A DNA stretch of 64,000 nt from Nitrospirales bacterium (lineage in GTDB: Bacteria > Nitrospirota > Nitrospiria > Nitrospirales > UBA8639): assembly GCA_965223295.1 (NCBI GenBank), contig CBDCWC010000003.1:224001-288000 (forward strand). The letters run 5' to 3'. The notes under the pieces are model-generated. The model was not told the origin of the DNA and made no database searches. It saw only the letters and a list, made by a program, of their open reading frames with translations. Position numbers and translations under genes: made by a program. Below are positions 52,114 to 61,452 of this stretch, piece by piece. The stretch's first letter is position 1. Every line of letters begins with the position of its first letter.

Positions 52114-52139
52114 TATTTTCTAGATATAGCTTAAGAGAC

Positions 52140-53351
52140 TCATTTCTGAGCAGTTAAATATTCTATGAATCGATTAGCAATTGTCGAGCGATCAAAATGT
52201 TGCACCGCAGCTTGACGCCCCTTCTCTCCAAGTTTTTCACGAAGATCTTTATTTGCGTATAATGTTAGAATTGCTTTGACTAATCCATCTGTATCTCCCG
52301 GAGGCACTACAATTCCAACTTGATGCTCTCGCACGATATCCGCAGCTTCCCCCTTTGCGACTAAGATCACGGGCCGTCCACATGCCATAGCCTCATACAA
52401 TTTTGAAGGAACTGCCCCAGAAATGTCTTTTTTCAAGGGAACGATTATCACAGCACTAGAAGAAAGCGCCCGGGGGATTTGATCAGATGATAGAGCAGCA
52501 AAGAAACGGACATTCGCAAGATTTTGCTGCCTAGCCAGAGCCACAAGCTTTTGCTTCTCCGGGCCGTCCCCAATAAGATGAAAGACAATATTGTCATCTG
52601 GCCTCAACACATTTGCACTTTCTAAGATCTGCTCTAAGCCCTGAGCCAGGCCATGAAGACCAGCATAGGTGACGAGAAACTTTTCTTGTTGATTTGCAGC
52701 ATTTGATACATCCTGATTACTCAACGCTTGAGGAAATCGTTGAGTATCTACACCATTGGAAAGATGGTACACTCGTCGATCTGGAAAGCGGCGCTTTATC
52801 GAATCAATGATACCTTTGGATTGGCCTGTAATAAGCCAGGCATTCCGATAGCACAATGACTCGAGCCAGACACTGACTCTATAAGCCATCCCGCTATTCC
52901 GTAGGACTCCCAGCTGTACAGCACTTTCCGGCCACAAATCAGAAACATTAAAAATCATTTTTGCCCGCTTTATTCGGCTTAACCAAATTCCGGTGAGACC
53001 CAAGAAAAGTGGTGGGCTCTCAACAAGCAAATAGTCGGTGCAACGAAGCTTGAAACTACCTAACACTGCTGATGAAAGTGCAAACGAAAAGTAATTTGTC
53101 AGTCTTGGTAGGAAAGCAGCTTTCTGTGTAGGATAAATGAACGTACGAAAAACATCCGCTCCTTCAAGAAGTTCTCGGCGAAATATACCCCCATATCCAG
53201 GGTGAATTTTTCCGGTTGGGTAGTTAGGCATTGCCGTAATAACGGCTACCGAGTGCCCGCTACGAATAATATGCGCAACAATTTCAGAAAGTCTCTTTTG
53301 AGGAGCACCTATTTCAGGAGGGTAATACTGTGTTAAGACGGTAATGTGCAC
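52140..53351 (-). CDS. Glycosyltransferase family 4 (WbuB-like)
   Basis: QYYPPEIGA, PNYPTG, SPPLF, VSDLWPES, YAGLHG.AQGL, PSKLYEAMACG. Confidence 0.92.
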   Translation of the reverse strand: MHITVLTQYYPPEIGAPQKRLSEIVAHIIRSGHSVAVITAMPNYPTGKIHPGYGGIFRRELLEGADVFRTFIYPTQKAAFLPRLTNYFSFALSSAVLGSFKLRCTDYLLVESPPLFLGLTGIWLSRIKRAKMIFNVSDLWPESAVQLGVLRNSGMAYRVSVWLESLCYRNAWLITGQSKGIIDSIKRRFPDRRVYHLSNGVDTQRFPQALSNQDVSNAANQQEKFLVTYAGLHGLAQGLEQILESANVLRPDDNIVFHLIGDGPEKQKLVALARQQNLANVRFFAALSSDQIPRALSSSAVIIVPLKKDISGAVPSKLYEAMACGRPVILVAKGEAADIVREHQVGIVVPPGDTDGLVKAILTLYANKDLREKLGEKGRQAAVQHFDRSTIANRFIEYLTAQK

Positions 53352-53472
53352 GCCGAACTAAACTTGCCTATAGTCTTGGCCCATTGTCCAAACATCAAAA
53401 CCGGCAGGAGATCTTGGGGGCTAATAATGTTCTCTAACTGTGCTCAGCATATTCTCCAAATTGGCGTTGAAA

Positions 53473-54144
53473 TTATTCCGAACCCTGTCTTGAAGAGTCT
53501 TCTGTCGCCCCCTCACCGATCAAACACCAAACAAGGAATTTATTTTCCTCACTTATGATGCTTCCATTGATACCAACGTTTTGGAATACGTCCCAGGCAC
53601 CGTCGGGTCCATCGGCATTTGCTTTTGCCAACCAATAGAAGGCCAATTCAACATTTCTGGACGAGCGATAGGACTTAACATTCTTAAACGGAGAACCAAC
53701 TGTAAAAGGGGCCTGACCTCCTTGGTTGCTCGGTTCCAAGATACTGGATAACTCAGCAAATACTGGTATCCGCCAACCTTTCCTTCCACCAACAACTTTT
53801 GAGGCACAGTACGACATTGCCGAAGACCAATCTCTCCTCTCACCATCAGGAGAACGTTCCCACACAAGACCAGTTTTCTTGTCTAACACGGCTTTTCCAC
53901 CAAGTACGACAGTGAAGCGGCTCCTATGTCTTCGTGCTTGAGAAAAAGAATTTCTGAACGATCTTAGCTCAAAACCGTCGACTTGCGGCCCTAACGGATA
54001 CCTATCAGTGTTGACAATAGGCACCAGCTCTTGAACCGTATTCTGGGCCAATGCATCCACGGACAACATGACTCCCAACACCAATGCAGTGATCGTCCAT
54101 AGATACCGCCGCTCCGTCATTTGCTGGACTACCATGTGAAACAT
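53473..54144 (-). CDS. Exported DUF1566/Lcl-domain protein
   Basis: Signal peptide; VLDKKTGLVWE, W..A..YC, GWRIP...EL, YW, VWC. Confidence 0.85.
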   Translation of the reverse strand: MFHMVVQQMTERRYLWTITALVLGVMLSVDALAQNTVQELVPIVNTDRYPLGPQVDGFELRSFRNSFSQARRHRSRFTVVLGGKAVLDKKTGLVWERSPDGERRDWSSAMSYCASKVVGGRKGWRIPVFAELSSILEPSNQGGQAPFTVGSPFKNVKSYRSSRNVELAFYWLAKANADGPDGAWDVFQNVGINGSIISEENKFLVWCLIGEGATEDSSRQGSE

Positions 54145-54233
54145 CGCTACACGCGTCCCTTATATTTTTAATTTGTATTGTAACAATTTTCTTCTTGTAT
54201 ATTCGAAGAATATTTAGAATTTTACCTTATTCT

Positions 54234-57200
54234 TCAAGGCACAGGATTATTCCTAAAGTAATCAACAGAAGCCGTAAAAGCTGGGGACTGAGTTGGATGG
54301 TTCCCCACATGTAGTCCTACTTCCGTTACAGCTAAATTATATATAAAGGAAGTTGCGGCAACCCAACTTTGCCCGTCGTCTGAATAGTCTAACGTCCACA
54401 GATCACCATTTCGATTCACCCTCAAGTAAAGTGGTGCGGTCAATGCCACGGACGTACTAGTTTTTACTGAAGCACTACTTCCACTCGCAATCGTAGCGGC
54501 AAAAATCTTCACATTCGTTCCATCATGATGAACCTCATATCGAAGCAACCTTTCATCAGTCTCTTGCACCACCAGCCCTTGAATTTCATAGCGAGTTGTC
54601 ACAGGCGAGTCAAACTTCGCCTCGATTTCAAAATCCGTGTTGCTGGCCCCTTGCAGAAGCCGGGGAGCATACATTTGTCCGGGCCAGAGATTGTGGGAAC
54701 TTCCTCCAGGAACTGCGACTTCCAGATGGGTACCTGTGAGCGCAAACGATGAATCATCAGACAATGGAGCACCTTCTAAGGGGTCAAAAAACCGCCAAAA
54801 GGAATTCAATGTCGTCGACGTAAACTCGTCCGAAAGAATAGTTGGTGTGTCCACAGCAATCATCACTTCATCAAAGGTACTTAACGCCGTATCGTCGGCT
54901 GTTAACCGCAGCACATACACCCCTGCCTGCGTAAAGCTCGCCGTCGTATCCACGGCCGTCGCATCCCCAAACGTCACCACGCCCGGCCCGCTCGTCATAC
55001 TCCACACCGTGGTCAAGGTCGGAGGCGTCGGGAGCCCATCATCTGCCACCGTCCCATCCAACGTCGCCACGTTCGGCAACGTCACCGCCTGGTCCGCCCC
55101 CGCAGCCACCGTCGGCGCTTGGTTCGTCGCGGCCACCGTCACTGTCAGCTCATCAAAGGTACTTAACGCCGTATCGTCGGCTGTTAACCGCAGCACATAC
55201 ACCCCTGCCTGCGTAAAGCTCGCCGTCGTATCCACGGCCGTCGCATCCCCAAACGTCACCACGCCCGGCCCGCTCGTCATACTCCACACCGTGGTCAAGG
55301 TCGGAGGCGTCGGGAGCCCATCATCTGCCACCGTCCCATCCAACGTCGCCACGTTCGGCAACGTCACCGCCTGGTCCGCCCCCGCAGCCACCGTCGGCGC
55401 TTGGTTCGTCGCGGCCACCGTCACTGTCAGCTCATCAAAGGTACTTAACGCCGTATCGTCGGCTGTTAACCGCAGCACATACACCCCTGCCTGCGTAAAG
55501 CTCGCCGTCGTATCCACGGCCGTCGCATCCCCAAACGTCACCACGCCCGGCCCGCTCGTCATACTCCACACCGTGGTCAAGGTCGGAGGCGTCGGGAGCC
55601 CATCATCTGCCACCGTCCCATCCAACGTCGCCACGTTCGGCAACGTCACCGCCTGGTCCGCCCCCGCAGCCACCGTCGGCGCTTGGTTCGTCGCGGCCAC
55701 CGTCACTGTCAGCTCATCAAAGGTACTTAACGCCGTATCGTCGGCTGTTAACCGCAGCACATACACCCCTGCCTGCGTAAAGCTCGCCGTCGTATCCACG
55801 GCCGTCGCATCCCCAAACGTCACCACGCCCGGCCCGCTCGTCATACTCCACACCGTGGTCAAGGTCGGAGGCGTCGGGAGCCCATCATCTGCCACCGTCC
55901 CATCCAACGTCGCCACGTTCGGCAACGTCACCGCCTGGTCCGCCCCCGCAGCCACCGTCGGCGCTTGGTTCGTGCTAGAGGCAGTATTTCTGAAATAATC
56001 GACCGAAGCCGTAAAAGCTGGGGACTGCGAAGGGTCAGCATGATGGTTCCCAGAAAAAATACCTACTCGGTTCACAACCATTGTGTGACTAAAGGAAGTG
56101 GCTGTTGTCCAACTCTGCCCATCATCTGAATAGTCGAGCGTCCACAGATCTCCAGACCGATTTACCCGTAGATAGTACGGTGCAGTCAACGCCACAGAAG
56201 CATTAGTTTTAATAGATGCATTCCCTCCATTGGTGATCGTAGTGGCAAAAATTCGGGCAGTTGATCCATTATGGTAGACATCGTAACGAATAAGCGTCTG
56301 ATTGGTTTCTTGTACCACTAACCCTTGAATTTGAAACCGTTCATTTACACTTGAGTCAAATTTTGCTTCGATTTCAAAATTCATATTGCTGGCATTTTGC
56401 AAAAGCCGAGGAGCAAAAAGATTAGGCGGGTATAGATCATGCGAAGATCCTCCCGGAACTGCAATCTCTAAGTGATCGCCTGTGAGGTTGAACGACGAAT
56501 CATCTGCAGACGACCCTCCAGCCAAGGGATCATAGAAACTCCAAAACGAATTCAGCGTAGGAGATGAGAATTCATCAGATTGAATTGCCGAACCGACGAT
56601 GATGTTCATTGTTGCTTCGTTAGACGTATCACCCTCCGTGTCAGCTATCGTATACGTAAAACTGTCAGATCCGATAAATCCAGTATTCGGGGTATAAGTA
56701 ATTTCTCCAGTTGTTGGATTTATGATCGTCGCCCCATTCTTTGTTCCACGAATCACTGTCACGGTAGCAGGATCTAAAGTCTGTCCATTAGCATCATCAT
56801 TGCTTAATACGTTCAACACTACTGGAGTATCACTGACTGTGGCGCCTGAATCATCGAAGGCTGCAGGAGTATCCCCGATAGCAATGAAATTTGTGGCTCC
56901 AAAGGTTACATTAGCCCTATAGGCAACGAAAAGAAGAGAGCCTATAGGTTGAGGAGGGTTATTCAATGCCTGAATAAGAGAACCAGAACTTTCTGGTTGC
57001 CCATCTTCCCACACTTTTAATGTATACAACACTCCCCCTGTGACAGCCTGTGTACGTGATCGGAAGTTATAGGTTACACCTGGAACTAAGGTGAACCCGC
57101 TATCATCGACCGCTAGACGAATCTCGCTAGTTCCTATCCAATTCGAAATTTCAAGCCGCTCTGGGCCGACGGCAGGACGCACACGATACCATGCCAACGC

Positions 57201-59432
57201 TCCCATCGGAGCACCAGTAAGTGGTTGGTTTGTAACTGAAGATTCGGTGGAGTGCCCTCTCCATCCATGCGCTAACCCAACCGCCGCGCTATTGGTGTGG
57301 GTAAAGTTTGTGATCGTGATCTGTGTCTCAACTTCATAGTTTTCCCAACTCGACATATCACCAATAGCAAGAAGACGATCGTAGCCAGGTTCGATAATGC
57401 GCACCGAATCTGCCTGGGCTGAATCTATACGCCATTTTCCATCCACGACTTGTGCTAAATTGAGTATCTCACTCGTGGTCGTTGCCTGTGTCCAATCGAT
57501 TGAATAGGGTAATGGCCACGTCACTCCAGGACTATAATTGACAGAAACATTCTTGGTGGTCACTTCCGAGTCCTGATCTATAGCCGTAAGTTTTACTGTG
57601 TTGTTACCCACTACAAAATCATCGGCATCAATGTCCGCGTTAAAATCCCCAGTTTCTTGAAGTCGAAAACCATCACTCCCAATAGAAAGGGGAACGGAGG
57701 GTCCACCATTTAGAGAATAGGTTAGTGCCAGCGAGGAGGTGGGACCATTTGGATCCGAAACATTACCCACAATATTTATCCATTCCTGAGCCCGTCCAAC
57801 GTGACCAAAATTCTGATTCGTAGAATGCCAAACATCTATAATAGGAGCTGTGCTACTCGTTGCTGTGACCATAACCGTCACAGTGGCCACATTTGACGTA
57901 TCTCCGTCTGTATCATCCACCGTATACGTAAAAACATCCATCCCGACAAAGCCCAGGTTAGGTGTATAAGAAACGGCTCCAGTCGTTTGATTAACAACTG
58001 TCGATCCATTCGGCGGATCACTTGCCACTACTGTGGTTACATCAATCGTCTGACCGTTAGCTTGATCATTAGCGAGCACCACAAAATTTCCCACTGGCGT
58101 GTCTTGTGAAGTACTTATTCCATCATCGACCGCAATAGGAGCCGCCATATTACTTGAAACCGTTGCAGTCACTGTCGCCGCATTCGAAGTATCCCCGTCG
58201 GTATCGTCCACCGTATATGTAAAGACATCTGTTCCAACAAAGCCTACATCAGGAGTATAGGTTATGGTGCCCGTAGAGACATTCACGACTGCCGTACCAT
58301 TGACTGGATCGCTTGCCGCCACCGTCGTCACATTAATGGTCTGCCCATTAAGTTGATCATTATTTAACACCGCCACCTCAACCCCTAGTGTGTCTTGCTG
58401 GGTGTTGACCGTATCATCTACGGCGATGGGAGCGGCCGAACTATTAGTTACTGTGACCGTAACCGTTGCAGCATTCGATGTGTCTCCCTCAGTATCATCT
58501 ACAATGTAAGTAAAAGAATCGACTCCTACAAAACCCACATCAGGGGTGTAAGTAAGATTTCCCGTAGTGGCATTTACGTCAACCGTTCCATTAGGCGGAT
58601 CATTTGCCACCACGGTCGTCACATCAATGGTCTGCCCATTAGCATTATCATTAGCTAGAACATCTATCTCCTCCGGAGTATCCTGTTGAGTAGCGACCGA
58701 GTCATCAACGGCAATGGGAGAGACCAAGCCCGTATTCCGAAAATAATCGACTGAAGCCGTGAAGGCTGGGGATTGCGTGGGATGATTGCCTGTATGTATC
58801 CCAACCTCAGTAACGATAAGATTATGTGTGAAGGAAGTTGCCGTCACCCAGCTTTGCCCATCGCCTGAGTAATCAAGAGTCCAGACACTGCCACTTCGAT
58901 TTACCCGAAGATAGTACGGCGCAGGCAAGGATATGGGAGCGTTGGTTTTTATAGAGGCACTGCTGCCATTTGTGATCGTCGCGGCAAAGATTTTGACGTT
59001 TGCCCCATCGTGGTGAATCTCATACCGAAGCAAGGTTTCATCGGTTTCTTGTACGACCACTCCCTGAATTTCGTATCTGGTTGTCACTGGAGAATCAAAT
59101 TTGGCTTCGATCTCTAAATCAGTATCACTCGCCGCTTGGAGGACCCGTGGAGCCCACATCTGCCCGGGCCAGAGATTATGCGAACTTCCCCCTGGCACCG
59201 CGATTTCCAGATGAGTACCTGAGAGTGCAAACGACGAATCATCAGACGACGGAGCATTAGCTAGAGGATCGTAAAACCGCCAAAAGGAGTTTAGCGTTGG
59301 CGATGTAAATTCATCGGAGAGTATAATATTGCCAGCTGCTCCGCTGAATGACAGCTGTACAATAATAGAAACGAAACAAAGTAACAGCAGACCTGACCAT
59401 AAGAAAAAACTGTGTCCTGCATGTTTAGACAT
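54234..59432 (-). CDS. Large secreted multidomain protein (1732 aa): three ConA/DUF1349-like beta-sandwich domains, four Ig/cadherin-like repeats, four PKD-like repeats
   Basis: Signal peptide; SDEF.S.TLNSFW...AFTASVDYFRN three times; PIAVDD...VLAND...TYTP..GFVG.D.FTY four times; NQAPTV.AGADQ four times. Confidence 0.9.
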   Translation of the reverse strand: MSKHAGHSFFLWSGLLLLCFVSIIVQLSFSGAAGNIILSDEFTSPTLNSFWRFYDPLANAPSSDDSSFALSGTHLEIAVPGGSSHNLWPGQMWAPRVLQAASDTDLEIEAKFDSPVTTRYEIQGVVVQETDETLLRYEIHHDGANVKIFAATITNGSSASIKTNAPISLPAPYYLRVNRSGSVWTLDYSGDGQSWVTATSFTHNLIVTEVGIHTGNHPTQSPAFTASVDYFRNTGLVSPIAVDDSVATQQDTPEEIDVLANDNANGQTIDVTTVVANDPPNGTVDVNATTGNLTYTPDVGFVGVDSFTYIVDDTEGDTSNAATVTVTVTNSSAAPIAVDDTVNTQQDTLGVEVAVLNNDQLNGQTINVTTVAASDPVNGTAVVNVSTGTITYTPDVGFVGTDVFTYTVDDTDGDTSNAATVTATVSSNMAAPIAVDDGISTSQDTPVGNFVVLANDQANGQTIDVTTVVASDPPNGSTVVNQTTGAVSYTPNLGFVGMDVFTYTVDDTDGDTSNVATVTVMVTATSSTAPIIDVWHSTNQNFGHVGRAQEWINIVGNVSDPNGPTSSLALTYSLNGGPSVPLSIGSDGFRLQETGDFNADIDADDFVVGNNTVKLTAIDQDSEVTTKNVSVNYSPGVTWPLPYSIDWTQATTTSEILNLAQVVDGKWRIDSAQADSVRIIEPGYDRLLAIGDMSSWENYEVETQITITNFTHTNSAAVGLAHGWRGHSTESSVTNQPLTGAPMGALAWYRVRPAVGPERLEISNWIGTSEIRLAVDDSGFTLVPGVTYNFRSRTQAVTGGVLYTLKVWEDGQPESSGSLIQALNNPPQPIGSLLFVAYRANVTFGATNFIAIGDTPAAFDDSGATVSDTPVVLNVLSNDDANGQTLDPATVTVIRGTKNGATIINPTTGEITYTPNTGFIGSDSFTYTIADTEGDTSNEATMNIIVGSAIQSDEFSSPTLNSFWSFYDPLAGGSSADDSSFNLTGDHLEIAVPGGSSHDLYPPNLFAPRLLQNASNMNFEIEAKFDSSVNERFQIQGLVVQETNQTLIRYDVYHNGSTARIFATTITNGGNASIKTNASVALTAPYYLRVNRSGDLWTLDYSDDGQSWTTATSFSHTMVVNRVGIFSGNHHADPSQSPAFTASVDYFRNTASSTNQAPTVAAGADQAVTLPNVATLDGTVADDGLPTPPTLTTVWSMTSGPGVVTFGDATAVDTTASFTQAGVYVLRLTADDTALSTFDELTVTVAATNQAPTVAAGADQAVTLPNVATLDGTVADDGLPTPPTLTTVWSMTSGPGVVTFGDATAVDTTASFTQAGVYVLRLTADDTALSTFDELTVTVAATNQAPTVAAGADQAVTLPNVATLDGTVADDGLPTPPTLTTVWSMTSGPGVVTFGDATAVDTTASFTQAGVYVLRLTADDTALSTFDELTVTVAATNQAPTVAAGADQAVTLPNVATLDGTVADDGLPTPPTLTTVWSMTSGPGVVTFGDATAVDTTASFTQAGVYVLRLTADDTALSTFDEVMIAVDTPTILSDEFTSTTLNSFWRFFDPLEGAPLSDDSSFALTGTHLEVAVPGGSSHNLWPGQMYAPRLLQGASNTDFEIEAKFDSPVTTRYEIQGLVVQETDERLLRYEVHHDGTNVKIFAATIASGSSASVKTSTSVALTAPLYLRVNRNGDLWTLDYSDDGQSWVAATSFIYNLAVTEVGLHVGNHPTQSPAFTASVDYFRNNPVP
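54868..55973. repeat. Intragenic tandem repeat, about 3.9 copies of a 282-bp (94-aa) unit
   Basis: Marker CATCAAAGGTACTTAACG recurs at 54869, 55151, 55433 and 55715. No differences between copies seen by eye. Confidence 0.95.
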
Positions 59433-59678
59433 CAGACAGCTGCTCCTACTCTGGAAAAAGCTATCTCATTTAAGAGATAAACTGTATCACCTGACACACT
59501 ATATACAACAAAATTGCTAAAAAACAACGTTCCGAAAAACCGCAAAAAAGAGTTCACTGTTGTTTGTCTTATTGATTCTCTGACTTTTCTGCACTTATCC
59601 ATAGATGCTCTTACATAATCTTACATAAATGGTCTTTCTATAGAACTAAATCACCATGATAATGCTCATTCAGATACC

Positions 59679-59694
59679 AGCAAAATACGCGCCA
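59679..59694 (-). promoter_or_regulatory. Putative sigma-54 promoter for the minus-strand block (large protein to C5-epimerase)
   Basis: Minus strand TGGCGCGTATTTTGCT (GG-N10-GC, TTGC). Confidence 0.65.
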
Positions 59695-59753
59695 TATTCC
59701 CATTCTTCATTATATGAAGGGAACAACAAGAATAGAGCTTTTAATTTCAGCAC

Positions 59754-59838
59754 ACTTCACACCTGCCACGATGCCCTCCTTGAAAATATGCCCCAGCCTG
59801 TAACATAGGTGTCGGAGCGGTTTAAAGGGGGCAGGTCA
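59754..59838 (-). mobile_element. Solo left-end relic of the IS3 element found at 44679-45898
   Basis: ACTTCACAC.TGCCA.GAT.CCCTCCTT....ATATGCCC.AGCCTGTAACATAGG..TCGGAGC.GTTTAAAGGGGGCA.G.CA aligns to 45814-45898. Confidence 0.8.
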
Positions 59839-60060
59839 GAACTTCAAATAATCTATTCAAAATATTGTCATTTTTTTTTACACCTTCTCACACTCTCACA
59901 CATTCATTTTTTCTGGTTTTTTTATATATTTAATGTTTCGTTACCCCCTATGAACCGTAGGTATACTTTACAATTCGATGAATGTTTTAATAATTTTATG
60001 TTCTTCGAAATCAGAAGACCAGAAGACGAAACGCAGCACACCCATAAAATATGAAACTTG

Positions 60061-60098
60061 TTCTACATTTAGATACAACTTATATCCTTTTAGATACA
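60061..60098. promoter_or_regulatory. Tandem operator matching 3842-3879
   Basis: TTCTAC-N4-AGATAC and ATATCC-N4-AGATAC, 21 bp apart. Confidence 0.6.
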
Positions 60099-60203
60099 TT
60101 TTTAGTTGTTCTAATGTGCATATCTCACGACTGTTAATAATCTTTTTTGAAACGATGACGAAAATTGTTGATATGAGTCATTCTTTGATACCCTTGACAG
60201 TCA

Positions 60204-60219
60204 TGGTCTTAAAATTGCT
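60204..60219 (+). promoter_or_regulatory. Putative sigma-54 promoter of the degT-PGT/capD operon
   Basis: TGGTCTTAAAATTGCT (GG-N10-GC, TTGC). Confidence 0.55.
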
Positions 60220-60285
60220 TACTCAAACTCAAAGATAACAGATTCTATAGATCCCAGCGGGTTGCTTTCGTAATTTCTAGGTTAG

Positions 60286-61452
60286 GTGCGAACTTTGAAT
60301 ATGTTTTTGCCATTTCACGTCCCTGATATTGGGGACGAAGAAATCTGTTCGGTTGTTGAAACCCTCCGTTCTGGTTGGTTAACCACAGGATCAAAGGTCA
60401 AGCAGTTTGAGAGAGAATTTGCTGAACAGCTAGGAGTGAGCAATGCCGTGGCAGTCAATTCTTGCACAGCTGCTTTACATCTTGCCTTAGAAGCTATAGG
60501 CCTCAGCGAAGGAGACGAAGTCATCATTCCAACAATGACGTTCGCTGCAACGGCAGAGGTCGTACACTATTTTAAAGCCAAACCCGTGTTGGTGGATTGT
60601 CGAAAAGACACGCTTAATCTGAATGTTGAGCTAATTGAACGCGCAATAACCCCTAAGACCAAAGCGATTATCCCAGTTCATTTTGCTGGGCAACCCTGTG
60701 CCATGGATCAAATCCTGGCCATAGCTCATTCTCACCACCTTAAAGTCATTGAAGATGCTGCCCATGCCCTTCCCGCCAGGTATCAAGGAAAAAGGGTTGG
60801 AACCTTAGGAGATATCACCTGCTTTTCTTTTTATGCCACAAAAACGATGACCACAGGAGAAGGTGGCATGGCTACCACTGAGAATCCGGAATGGGCTCAA
60901 CGGATGCGCATGTTGAGTCTTCACGGCATTTCACAGGATGCATGGAAACGCTACACCCCAGGAGGTTCTTGGTATTACGAAATCCGCCACCCTGGGTACA
61001 AATATAATCTAACCGATATTGCCGCAGCCTTGGGTATTCCACAACTCCGGAAATGCAACGAATTTAAGAGCACTCGGCAGCATATCGCCTCCCTCTACAA
61101 TGAGGGATTCAGTCGGGTACCTGAAATCACAACGCCGCATGTGGACAAAAACATCGACCATGCCTGGCACCTGTATGTCATTCAGTTGAATCTCGAACAA
61201 TTGAGAATCGGGCGAAATGAATTTATGGATCAATTAAAGAAACATGGAATAGGGACCAGCGTTCACTTCATTCCCTTACATCTTCATCCTTATTATCGAG
61301 ATACCTTTGGCTATTTGCCAGAAAACTTTCCCGAAGCCAGCGCAGTGTTCGAACGTATTCTTTCTCTCCCGATCTACCCTAAAATGAGTGACGAAGATGT
61401 TCGCCATGTCATTCAAACAGTTTCTACCCTCATTAAAGAGTATCGCCGATGA
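60286..61452 (+). CDS. DegT/DnrJ/EryC1/StrS PLP-dependent sugar aminotransferase (start may be 60301)
   Basis: SGWLTTG, NSCTAALHLAL, PVHFAG, EDAAHA, SFYATKTMTTGEGG. Confidence 0.95.
   Translation: MRTLNMFLPFHVPDIGDEEICSVVETLRSGWLTTGSKVKQFEREFAEQLGVSNAVAVNSCTAALHLALEAIGLSEGDEVIIPTMTFAATAEVVHYFKAKPVLVDCRKDTLNLNVELIERAITPKTKAIIPVHFAGQPCAMDQILAIAHSHHLKVIEDAAHALPARYQGKRVGTLGDITCFSFYATKTMTTGEGGMATTENPEWAQRMRMLSLHGISQDAWKRYTPGGSWYYEIRHPGYKYNLTDIAAALGIPQLRKCNEFKSTRQHIASLYNEGFSRVPEITTPHVDKNIDHAWHLYVIQLNLEQLRIGRNEFMDQLKKHGIGTSVHFIPLHLHPYYRDTFGYLPENFPEASAVFERILSLPIYPKMSDEDVRHVIQTVSTLIKEYRR

Noticed and set aside
54868-55973. Possible CRISPR or other non-coding array
   Set aside because: The units are 282 bp, in frame and have no spacers. 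No cas genes or repeat-spacer pattern were seen anywhere in the window.
54637-55998. 453-aa plus-strand ORF with repeats
   Set aside because: It is the antisense shadow of the GC-rich PKD-like repeats in the 1732-aa gene and has no independent features.
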